A DNA stretch of 64,000 bases, from NCBI GenBank assembly GCA_047495785.1, contig JBLDXI010000024.1, forward strand, positions 1,860,001 through 1,924,000. Reading direction: 5' to 3'. Shown here piece by piece: positions 9,884-21,600 of the stretch. Positions within the stretch are counted from its first letter, which is position 1, and every line of letters begins with the position of its first letter. The stretch comes from Lepidodermella squamata. Lineage: Eukaryota > Animalia > Gastrotricha. Below the pieces are notes generated by a model. The model saw only the letters and a list, made by a program, of their open reading frames with translations. It did no database searches and was not told where the DNA came from. The translations under genes were made by a program, and so were the position numbers.

Positions 9884-12800
9884 ATGGCAATGTATACGGG
9901 CCACGACTTTCGGATGGTAAAGGACAATTTTATTTAGCTTAGTCAATTATTCTGAATTTTCTATTGCAGCAATTCAGATGCGTAGACTGTGATACTCCGT
10001 ATTGCGACTTGGACGACAAGCCCTTGAAAGTTCTAACAAAGTGTGGGCATCAAATCTGTGATCATTGCATCGGGAGAAGCAAGCAAAATGGCGAGCTCGT
10101 CTGTCAAGCTTGTTCTTACAGCTATGAAGTTGATGGAGATGACTTCAAAGGTGATACAAGAATTTATATTAATTTATTGGCAAATTCTAAATAATTTCTT
10201 AAATTTTCTGCTTAAAAATTTCCAATAGCGGATTTTTTCATTTAACTCGATAGGATTCCCTGTCAATTATGCAACTTGGAAGGTGATCGCGTTTATCTCA
10301 AAACGAGATGAAGAAATCAATCGAGAGTTCAAGAATGACATGTTCGGCGCAGTTATCGACGAGTGCACTCACCTACCAATGAGCAATGAGATAATAGACT
10401 GCGCTCACTGCAACCACAAATTTTGCCAGATCTGCATTTTTCTGCACTTGGAACGAGTAAGAATCGAAACCCTGTGGCTCGGGAAACACGTAACCTACGG
10501 TTATTTTCTAGTAACATTTTTAACATCCGTTGCCTTAATAGATATTGAAAATTCGTGGAGATTTGATGACTTTTTTCGAAAAAAATGGCCCAAAAATTCG
10601 AGCTCAAATAAGGTAAATAAATTAATTAAAAATTTTAGAGAAAATCACTCATTTTTCTTTTTTTTTAGCAATCTCGACAACGTTTTCGAGCTTCGAAAAG
10701 ACACTGCTATCAATATTGCGGATAGAGAAAGAGTTGAGCAATTAAAAGCCTCACTAGTCAAAGGTGTCGGAGCAAATTTTTTGCGATTTCTTTCTCGCAT
10801 CGAAACTTTGCTGAAAATCGATCATCTACAAACGATTGAGAAAAATTGCAAAGATCTCGATGGACTTGCTCTGGAGCAATTGACACCGGATCACGTTTTC
10901 AAGTCATATTGCATTCTTCGTGAAATGGCCCAAAAGTACGGCACTGCATTGGACGATTTGAAAGCTATTTCGATCGAGCCATGGACAGATCATAATGTTC
11001 GCGATGAATTTATGTTGGTTATGTTAGACGAATTTCCGACACGACCCAAGGTAAAAATATACTGAATTTTAATCTCAAAAATTTTGATTCAATGCAATCA
11101 GGCTGTTCCTCCGATGATCAGCTGCTTGTTCAAATTCGCCCGATCTGGTGATCTCTTGTCGATAAAGCGGATTATCGAAGACCTTCCGCCCGATTGCGTC
11201 AAGTACCGTCATTTGGGGCAAAATGAACCTTTGGGGCTAATTGGCCAAAAATTGAGATTTTCACATTTTTATCGATAGCTCAAAAATTACAAGGTAAAAC
11301 TTCACAAAAATTTACGGGGACGATTATCAACAAGCCTCCTACAAGCCTGCAAATTTCCAGCCACGTATGTCCCGAAATGAGGTCACGGCATGTTGTTGCA
11401 CAGAGGTGAGTTTAGGGAGATAAAAATGACCCCTCTAAATTGAATTACCTGGAGCCAATCACGAGGTTTGATGATCAGATGAAATTTTTTCCTTCGACCA
11501 TTTTCGTCGTAGATGACAGCAAAAAAAACCGCGACCCCAGGCGATGCACAGGTATGGCTAGGTGATAGTGGCCAAATTACCCCATGGAAAACTCAATGAT
11601 GGGGGCTAATTGGCCACCCTTGTCCTTATAATGGGTTTTTAGTATTTGATGATTGTGAGGGTTGAATGGTCGAGTGGTTGTGATGCGTCCATCAGAACTT
11701 GAGTTATCTGATGAGCGACGGTTCGAATCCTCATAAAGTAGCATTTTTTTTGCTCCGCATTTAATTTTTTTAATTTTTTTGTTAATTTTCCATTTTAATT
11801 ATTCCACTAACACAACGTATGCCGGACATGTTTTGTTCGGGAGACGTTTAAAAGTTGCTCAGCAATAAAACTCTCAGAAAAAACGGAGAAACTAATTAAA
11901 AATTATTAAAATGGACAATTAAAACTAAAAAATTTAAAAAATTAAATGCGGGGCAAAAAAAATGCTACTTTATGAGGATTCGAACCGTCGCTCATCAGAT
12001 AACTCAAGTTCTGATGACGCATCACAACCACTCGACCATTCAACCCTCACAATCATCAAATATTAAAAACCCATTATAAGGATAAGGGTGGCCAATTAGC
12101 CCCAAATCACCTGTCCAATTTGCCCCAAACCTGGGGCAAAATGAGCTTCCTATAAAATCGGAATCAGGACCCTCTGAAACGTGTAAAAATGCGAAAAAAA
12201 CAGGGGGTCATTTTTTTCCCGCGCCCATTTTGCCCCAATTTACGGTATGTAGTCGAATTTGCTGACGAAAGCGACGATAACAAGAGAATGCTACACCACG
12301 CGTGTGAAAATGGTCACTTGGAACTGGCTCGATATCTCATCAACGACCTGGGGGCTGATCTATGGGCAAAGGTCCACGAAGGTAGCCGAACAGATTTTCA
12401 CGAAGAAGACACTCTTCCGATTCACCTTGCCTGCCTGAACGGGCATCTGAAAGTCGTAAAAATGCTTTGTGCAGCCGATTCAGGCCTCGCAAATGCGCGC
12501 GAATTTAGCCGAAGAACCCCGTTACACAACGCCGCTGAAGCCGAGAGTGAGGCGATCATGAAATTTTTAATCGACAAAATGAAGGTGGATGTCGATGCTC
12601 AAAGGATGAGTGATATTTCCGCCCTACATATAGTCGCAAAAGCTGGCAATCTTAACTGTGTTCGACTTCTGCTGATCAGGGGTGCCGATACGCAATTGAT
12701 TGGAGGGCTGGAGGGTCGCCTAATGCCAGCTCATATCGCAGCTAAGCTTGGTCATCTCGAAGTTTTAAAGCTCTTGATAATAGCCGACCCTACTGTTCTG

Positions 12801-13226
12801 AAGTGCACGGAAATCTTGACCCCGCTAATGGCTGCTTGTTCTAATGGAAAAATTAGCATTGTTAAATACTTGCTGTCAATCGGCTGTGACGTCAACTTCA
12901 GATCAAAAATTGGGAAAACAGCGGCGATGTTTGCTGCTGAAAATGGCATGCTTAAAACTTTGAAGTTATTGGTCGAAGCCGGGGCGGACTTGGCCCTGCT
13001 CAGTCAACGTTCTAAGGCTTTGTTGGACAATTTTTCAGCCATTCATCAAGCAGCTAGGCTCGAACATTTGAAAGTTGTCAAGTTCATCTGCGAACGCAAA
13101 CCGGAGCTTGCTCATTTGAAAAGTGAACAAGGTGAAACTGCTCTGTCGATCGCTGAAAAACGTGGCAATGTTAAGATGGCCGAATATTTGCGCAAATTTC
13201 TAGCCTCCTCGCCTGTTCAAGGATGA
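9884..13226 (+). CDS. RING + B-box-like + helical region + ankyrin-repeat protein (TRIM-like), with an exon interrupted by a MITE
   Basis: C3HC4 RING (CVDC..CGHQICDHC..CQAC), GFPVNYA, CTH..CAHCNHKFCQIC..H and ~9 ankyrin repeats. Removing 11206-12247 restores ...DCVKYVVEFADES... Confidence 0.7.
11206..12245. mobile_element. Non-autonomous DNA transposon (CCGT termini, TA target duplication; Tc2/pogo-like)
   Basis: Left end CCGTCATTTGGGGCAAAATG, right end CATTTTGCCCCAATTTACGG. TA at 11204-11205 and 12246-12247. Internal ~200-bp inverted repeat (11601-11800 / 11900-12102). Confidence 0.9.
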
Positions 13227-13559
13227 GAACTTGAGTTATCGCATATGCGAATTACCTAACTAACTCATACAATGATTTCTAGCCGTAATTTCGTAGAATT
13301 TTTCACTGTCACACTCTCCAATTCGATTCTGAATCTGATTCTTATCCGTCTATACCGAATAAAAAATATGATTTTGCGATCTCAAGTCATTGTTCATGTT
13401 ATCACCGACTCCGAGAGGTCAAGATAGCGTTCGCTGAATAGCCAATAATCAAATACCATCTCCATCGATGCGATACACCTCGCAATTTCACCCTCTTATT
13501 CATTCATAAACCGTTTTATTATATATAAAGTATGTGTAAAAAATCAAAGAAACGACTAA

Positions 13560-13959
13560 TTATTTGGCATTTTCCGTTTGCTGCACGTTACTTAGCAGAG
13601 CGCGTTTCAGTTCCAGAATTTTCGACGACTTTCCAATATACTCTTTCGGCAGTTTGCTGTCCGTGTCGGCGCCACTATTGTTGCTGACTTCGGTCGGCAT
13701 TTCGAAGATCAAATGCGTATCCAGGGCGTGAGAAAAGTTCCCTTTGAAAAGTAAATTTCCTATTTGAACTCCAGGGTTGGGTGAATCGAGCGCCTAAATA
13801 TATTATAAATGACGGTGTTAAATTTAGATACTTGAGAAAAATACAAACCACAAATTTAATTCCTTCCTGCTTTATTTCTTCAACGAAATTATCGGGAGAA
13901 TCAACGAAGTCCAGAAGGAGATACATATCTTTATCAGCAGCGGGTTCACCGGAAGACAT
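13560..13959 (-). CDS. GTF3C6: General transcription factor IIIC subunit 6-like (2 exons)
   Basis: The spliced product MYLLLDF...IKFV|ALDSPNPGVQIGNLLFKGNFSHALDTHLIFE...EYIGKSSKILELKR resembles the TFIIIC35/Tfc7 N-terminal domain. Confidence 0.65.
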
Positions 13960-15606
13960 GTCAGTAATCTTTTAATATCTATAATGCAAACGCATATTAT
14001 GGATAAGATTCATCCATTAGGCGTAAAATATCCGGTTGTCGGCCACCCTTTCACTTCAAGTTTCACGCCAGAATAAATCGAAACATACCGAAACTTGAAT
14101 TAAAATTTAGTCAACTGTGTAAATAGCTTTATTTCATGCTAACATTATTTCATGACGAGCAGTTCTGTCAGACAAACGCTGCTCTTGAATACGGATTTCA
14201 CGGGACCTGCGCTTGAGGATAAGCGACAAACTCCTTAACGCCATTTTCAATTTGATAGAACATAGCGATCTCATAGGGTTAGGACTCGAAAGCGCGCTTC
14301 TAATTACTTACGTTTTTGGAAGAAGCTTTTGACTCTTACACCTTGTGCCGCGTTTTCTTTACAACCTCTCTTTTCGTGTAGTCGGCGATGAGTAGGTCAG
14401 TGCTTAGTCGCTGTTTGAGGCCGCGAGACGGATTCCGGAAAATTGCTATTCATAATATTCGGTCATCACCGTGATCACAATGCAATCAACTGTATGGACC
14501 AAGATTATCATGTTGAGCAAGGTAATGAGCAAAACTCATCGCAAAACGAAACAGGTAAAATAAAATAAAGTATTTCAAGCTCTCCTGGAGCGAATTGACG
14601 GTGCTAGCAGAATGTTGTCAACTAACCCCGGATTTGTTGCCAACCCGATACTCCAGACCTTAAGCTCATTGCTAGACCTTGGTAAGTCCAAACTTACCTG
14701 TGTAGCTGACCAGGAAGAAAGAAGAAAGAAGGAAGAAGGTGTTAATCAATTGGAATATCAATTGCGGTAAGCTCATTTGATAAAAGACCTCGTAATATCG
14801 TAGCGCAGTATTGTCATCCATGGCTTGGACTGTTCCGGCAACTGCAAGAAATCTTTTCAAACAAAGACTACTGGCTTTACTGCAAACATGAAAACATCAT
14901 TGTAACGACTGACAGAATTGAGATTTATTAAATTAAATGCTTTCAAAGCTCTCAAGAAGAATGCTAATGAGGTGAAAGCAGACAACCCCCACGCCAAATG
15001 GCGCTATGGCTATGAAATTCACTGCGGGGACTTCAGGTACAGCAGCCAAACTTTCTGATCGTATCCTCTCTGATGACTAGAATAAGCTACTTCTCCGTGC
15101 TTTCAAACCGGACCTGAAAAAAACTGGTTCGAGGTTTGAACCAGGATCCCGCGGCGGCAAAATAAGTCGCTTCGATCTGTTTAGTATTTCGAGATTTTAT
15201 TTTTTAGCGCGTAAAATTGACGCCCACGTGATTGAAAACATTGACGGCAAATAAAAGATATTCATTAAATTGATGGTGTAATGTATTCAAATAAAACCAC
15301 TATAATTTTTCATTTTATTAGCAACAAGAGTCCTTAACTACCCCACACAGCAAGGCTCGGGTCGATCTGTGATCTTCCGACAATGCTCCCCGCGTTAGAA
15401 CCTTGATCTATACCGTTTCCCTATGAATTTTACCTCTAAAAGCTCTGCTAGGGAAAAATAAGCACGCAATAAGAGCAATAAGGGAGTTTAGATTGCGTTG
15501 CTTCCAGCCACTGTTTTGTCATGAACATTAATTAAAAACTATGCAAGCCGGTCGCCTGGTTTACTAGAGAATTTGTGGTTTCTTATTGTTAGATTTTTAG
15601 CGCATA

Positions 15607-18600
15607 ATGAGTGCATCTCGCGACAAGAATTTGATCGCGAGCGGTCAAATACCATATCTGCCCCCTATCAATGACAAATTGTCAGTCGAACCAGATCGAT
15701 GGAAGAAAAGCAAGCTGCTAAGTTATCGGAGAGAGAATGAGCAAAGGAAAGTTCTTGATCATATCATCATGCAGCAAGCGAAGAAGCGGCGTACAGAGCT
15801 TGTTGAATTAATGGAAACAGAACCTCCGCCGATTCCACCTCCTGAATATCCAGCAGAAATGATGTCACGTGATCGGAAAATCAAGATGAATTATATTTTT
15901 CTGAAGACATGCGTGGAGTCAACCCAGATGCCACCTCTCCAGGAGTATACAATTGACAACATTGAATCTCGCGTGCCAGAACGCCTTAAGAAGTTACCTG
16001 GCTATCAGAGCCTCATTGAAGAGGTAGCAACCGAAGTTCGGTCAGATTTTGACAAGAGTATGAAAAAGGCATTGGGTAAGTGATATTGTTATCTCGGTTA
16101 ACGTGTAATTTAAAACTGCGCTTACAGTTCAAAAGACTTTGATCACACCTAACATCAAAGGGTTGAATGCTGGAGAGATCATCATACCTCTGCCAGATGA
16201 ACCAAGGTTTGCTATTCATCGTCATTTTATTTATTATGAAACATCTCTTCTTTCAGTGGGCTTGATTATTCAAAACCTTGGCATCATACTTATGTGGAGA
16301 GCAAGAAAAGTTTGCAGGCTAATTTGCAGACCGTGCACCCTTTAATGATGCAAGTTTTGCGGTTATGCCAGCAACATCTTGGAAACACTCTCTTGGTTGA
16401 CATTTCTACTTATCGGTAAGTGCATCTACTGAAATCTTAAGATCCCCAGCAATGCTCCTCTATTATGTAGGAAAAAAGGCGTGATCGATTTTGAGTCTTT
16501 GAGGCGTGATATTACAGTTACAATTGAAAAAGCTGAGGAAAAGTTGCTGCAGTCGTGGTATCCAAATGTTGTCAGCATATTTTCCGATCCAAAATGCAAA
16601 ATCAAGCTGCGAGGCGAGGGATCGAAAATATTTTTCAACTGTTTGACCGCCCTAATTTCCAATCAGGTAATCACTTATTCATCCAATTTATTTATTAAAT
16701 CCAACATTTTCATCCTCTTTAGCTAAGAGACTTTTTACATCGGACCGTCGATGCTGTCGTCGATCTGTTTCGTATTGATAACAAGTCCAAGCTTCCTCTC
16801 CTTAAAACTGAATTGATACTGGAAGACAACAAAATGCAGTTTTATCCCACTTACAAGGATCTTGAAGAATTGGTTCTATTTTTTGTCGACGCTATTCTGA
16901 AATCCATGCAAAAAGTTCCGACTGTCAGTTCCTTTCTTGCCGGTGGTAATGTCGACTACATTCGTGTTACCATCGCCGAGGACATCGTGAAAGCTGCCAA
17001 AACCGAATTGAAGGCTTCTTGCAAGCGTAATTTTGAGGAGCCAGCTGCATACCTTCAGTGGTATGGTAAGTATTTTCGGGAGATACAGAAATTTGTGATG
17101 AAATGAATTGAATGTAGTGGAAAATTATGACTACCTGGTTAATGGGCAAGCCCAATCAGAAATCGAGAAATTCATCAGCGAAGGCAGGGAGTTCGAAGAA
17201 TACACTAAGGTAATATTTTTTCTATCAATTTGATTGAATTTGAATTCCCAATATTGCTCTTCAGCTTATCGAAAGCTATCGTGATCTGGCGTACAAAATC
17301 ATGATCCTCCCTCCCGCTGAATACTACGATTTGATTCGCTTGGACTGCGAGGACCTAAAGCGTGGGCTAGTCGCCGCTGCCAGAAACCTCGCCGGTCAGC
17401 TCATCGAAAAGGTTGTGAATGATCATCGGAACGAGAACACTAGTATTTGCGATGAATTCACCACGATCAAAGCCCGAGCATTAAAAGTGCCCGAAACCTC
17501 GGAAGAGCTCGTCGACATGGTCAATTTTGTTGAAACAGCTCGATCTATGGGCATGCTCAAGCTCAACGAACGCATTAAATTGTGCGTTGAACGCCTTCAG
17601 TACCTTCTCGAAGCGTACGGTTTCACAAAAGCCGATATAGATCTCAACAGTGATGTTTTGCTTTGGCCTAAGAAGATTAGCCCAGTTTTTGATGACAACG
17701 ACTTGGTAAACTGAAAATTTTAAATTACGACCTCGTTTAAAGCCTTTATTTCATTTTAGCTAACTGAAAAGTCGAAAGAGCTCGGCGAGAAAGTGTTGAC
17801 GGAAAAACGTGAAAAAGTAATGATTGAACTCGCGAAACTCAAGACCCGCGCTGATGAATTCAACGACTACGGCGAGTTGGACATGATGGCTCAATACGTT
17901 CAAGACGTTCGAGCTGTTCAGAAGCGCCTCGAGGTCGCTCAAGAACAGATCGCTTGGGTCAACAAAGTTTGTTAAATAACGTCGATTTTCTTGAAACTAC
18001 ATACATTTTCTTCTCTCGTTGATAGGAGGAAGCTTTGTACAAATTCGCCATCAGCCAATACCCAGAAGTAGAAGAAATTTCGACGGCGGTCGATCCTTTC
18101 TACAAACTTTTCTCGGTGGTTTTCAAATGGCAACGTGCCGAGAAGAAGTGGATTGATGGCAGCTTTACTGACCTCAATGCCGAGGTTATTGAAGCCGAAG
18201 TCGACGAATACTGGCGCGAGTTATACAAAGTTCAGAAAATTTTCAATCAAAAGTAATTTTGGATTTTATTTTTTTTCTCATATGAATTTTTTCGGAAAAT
18301 GGATCTAGATATAAAGAAAAGCTTCGGCTAATGAAAGAGGAGCGTTTGAAACATTTAAAGAAAAAACTTCAGACTCATGATCCCCTGAGACGCATGAAAA
18401 CATTGAATCGTCTCGTTATTGACATGGAGTAAATGAAATTGCTAAATTCACGACGCGGCTGTAATTATCACTACATTATTGTCATTTTTCGCTTCTTGTA
18501 TATTCGAGCTTTGCTATCCATGAAAAATTGCTGAAAATAATTTTATAATTGATGTGTTTCAGGATCAAAAGGATGCAAATGGAAGTTGATGAGCGAAATC

Positions 18601-21600
18601 GCGAGAAAGCGAAGAAACGCCGGCACAAGGAGGCCGAGGGGTCTGAAATGACCCCGGAGGAAGAGGCTGAGCTTGCCGATGAAGTTGTCCACCCTCCAGT
18701 TGCTCTCGGCATTGTCACAACTGTTCAGGAGCAGATCGGCGAGTTTAAGACTCACGTTCCAACTATCAGCATTTTGTGTAACCCTGGCCTGCGGCAACGC
18801 CACTGGGACAAAATGTCCGAAGTAGCCGGGTTCAACTTGACGCCAGATTCTGGAACTACCCTACGAAAAGTTCTTAAACTTCCGATTCAGGAATTTATGG
18901 ATCAATTCGAGGCAATATCAGGCGCTGCGACAAAGGAACACTCGCTTGAAAAGGCGATGATCAAGATGAGAAACGATTGGGAGCCGATGGTTTTCAACTT
19001 GACGCCTTACCGCGATTCAGGCATTTCAATCTTATCGTCAGTCGACGAAATTCAAGCTCAACTCGACGATCAAATTATTCGAACGCAAACTATGCGCGGC
19101 TCGCCGTTTATCAAGCCGTTTGAAAACGAAATCAGGATATGGGAAGAGCAGCTTCTACGAATTCAGGACACGATCGATGAATGGTTGAAAGTACAGGCGC
19201 AATGGCTGTACTTGGAGCCTATCTTCGCTTCACCTGATATCATGCAACAAATGCCGGAAGAGGGCCGTCTATTCACACAGGTTGATCGGTCATTCCGTGA
19301 AACTATGAAGCACACGGCTAAAAATACTAGCGTTCTGGTCGCTACAAGCCTGTCAGGTATGAAATTTGAGTATTTTCCCTCACACAAATTTTGCGAATAG
19401 CTTACAAATTTTGAAATGACATTTTCATTATTAGCCAAAGGAGTGTTCGCAGGTAAACTTTTGCACGATGGCACGATATCATTTTCTGGAGTCTAATTAA
19501 TTTTATACAAAGAAAAATAACTGTGGCCCACAATTTCGGAAAATCACTAACGCATGATTTTTAAGGCGGAATTTTCACTCTTTACATTTTTTTCATCCAG
19601 GATTGTTGGAAAAGCTGGTTGATAGCAATGTGTTATTGGACCGAATTAACAAAGGTCTAAATGCTTATCTCGAGAAGAAACGTCTGTTTTTCCCGCGTTT
19701 CTTCTTCCTGTCCAACGACGAAATGCTGGAAATTCTATCCGAGACAAAAGACCCAACTCGAGTTCAGCCTCATTTGAAGAAGTGTTTCGAGGGTATTGCC
19801 AAGTTGGAATTCGACTCGATTCAAGACATCAGGGCCATGTTTTCATCTGAAAATGAGAAAATCACCCTGTCGGAGGTTATCTCCACCGCTGAAGCTCGCG
19901 GCGCCGTTGAGAAGTGGCTGATTCACGTCGAACGAGTCATGATTCTGTCGATGAAAGACGTAGTCCTAGCGTCATACAACGCCTATGCGAATGAAGAGCG
20001 TCGAAATTGGGTTGTTTCATGGCCTGGCCAGGTCGTGCTGTGCGTCAGCCAGGCTTACTGGACCACCGAAGTTCACGAAGCAATCCGGTCGAGCAAAACC
20101 GGCCTTCGCGATTACCACAAGCGTTTAGGCGCTCAACTCATGGAAACTGTCGAGTTGGTTCGAGGCAAGTTGACTAAGCAGCAGCGAACCACGCTAGGAG
20201 CTCTTGTCGTCATTGATGTCCACGCTAAGGATGTCATTAATGAATGCGTGCAACAGGGCGTTGTTTCCGAGAACGATTTCATGTGGCTGTCTCAGTTGCG
20301 TTACTACTTTGAAGACGGGTTGATGATGGTTCGCTGCACTAATGCAACGATTGGCTACGCCTATGAATACCTCGGCAACTCGCCACGTTTAGTCATCACC
20401 CCGCTGACGGATCGTTGCTACCGAACTCTGATCGGCGCCTTCCACCTTAATCTAAACGGCGCCCCTGAAGGCCCGGCCGGGACTGGTAAAACCGAGACGA
20501 CAAAGGATTTAGCAAAAGCGATCGCAGTTCAATGCGTCGTGTTCAACTGTTCGGACGGTCTTGATTACATAGCCATGGGCAAATTTTTCAAGGGTCTTGC
20601 CGCCTGCGGTGCCTGGGCTTGCTTCGACGAGTTCAACCGCATCGAGCTCGAGGTGTTGAGTGTCATTGCTCAGCAGATTCTGTGCATCATTCGAGCTGTC
20701 CAGGCTCACGTTGATTCTTTCATTTTCGAAGGAACGGAACTTCGGCTGAACCCTATGTGCTATGTCGTAAGTTCTAGCCACCTTAATTTTAAAATTTAAT
20801 TTTTTTGAATTTTCTTGAAATTGAAATTTTTTGAAATTTTGAAATATTGAATTCTAAAATTATTTAACATTTTCTCAATTTAAAGTTTTTGTTTAAAATG
20901 TTAAAATTGAAAAAATTGAAAAATAATTTTATCGTAAGTTTACTCTTTTTTTTTATTTTAAAGTTTTTAATATGAAAATCTTAATCCTTAATCTTAATTT
21001 TTTAAATTGTGAACAAGTTTAAAATCTCATTTTTTTCAGTGCATCACCATGAACCCGGGTTACGCTGGGCGCAGTGAGCTTCCAGACAACTTGAAGGTCC
21101 TCTTCCGACCCGTGGCTATGATGGTCCCTGACTACGCGATGATTGCTGAAATTTCGCTGTACTCGTACGGTTTTCTCGACGCTCGAGATTTGTCCGTCAA
21201 AATCGTCACGACCTACAAACTGTGCTCCGAACAGCTGTCCAGCCAGTTCCACTACGACTACGGCATGCGAGCCGTCAAATCCGTACTGTTAGCCGCTGGC
21301 AACCTCAAATTGAAGTACCCGAACGAGAAGGAGCAGATTCTACTTCTCCGCTCGATTATCGACGTCAATTTACCGAAATTTTTAGCCCACGATATACCGC
21401 TATTCGAGGGTATCATCTCCGATTTGTTCCCAGGTGTTTCGCTGCCGAAACCAGACTACAGAGTTTTCCTCGAATCTCTGGACGCGATTTGCCAGAAGAA
21501 AAACCTGCAAAATGTCGACTTCTTCCAACAGAAGGTTATCCAGACCTACGAAATGATGATCGTCCGTCACGGTTTCATGCTTGTCGGCGAGCCATTTGGT

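Noticed and set aside
11654-11740. Functional tRNA gene
   Set aside because: The acceptor and T stems do not pair and there is no 7-nt anticodon loop. It lies in both arms of a transposon.
11203-12252. Precise introner-type splicing using AA|GT and TGTAG|
   Set aside because: This would delete 8 host nucleotides and cause a frameshift.
14200-15150. Possible decayed coding or TE sequence
   Set aside because: No recognisable motif or continuous frame.
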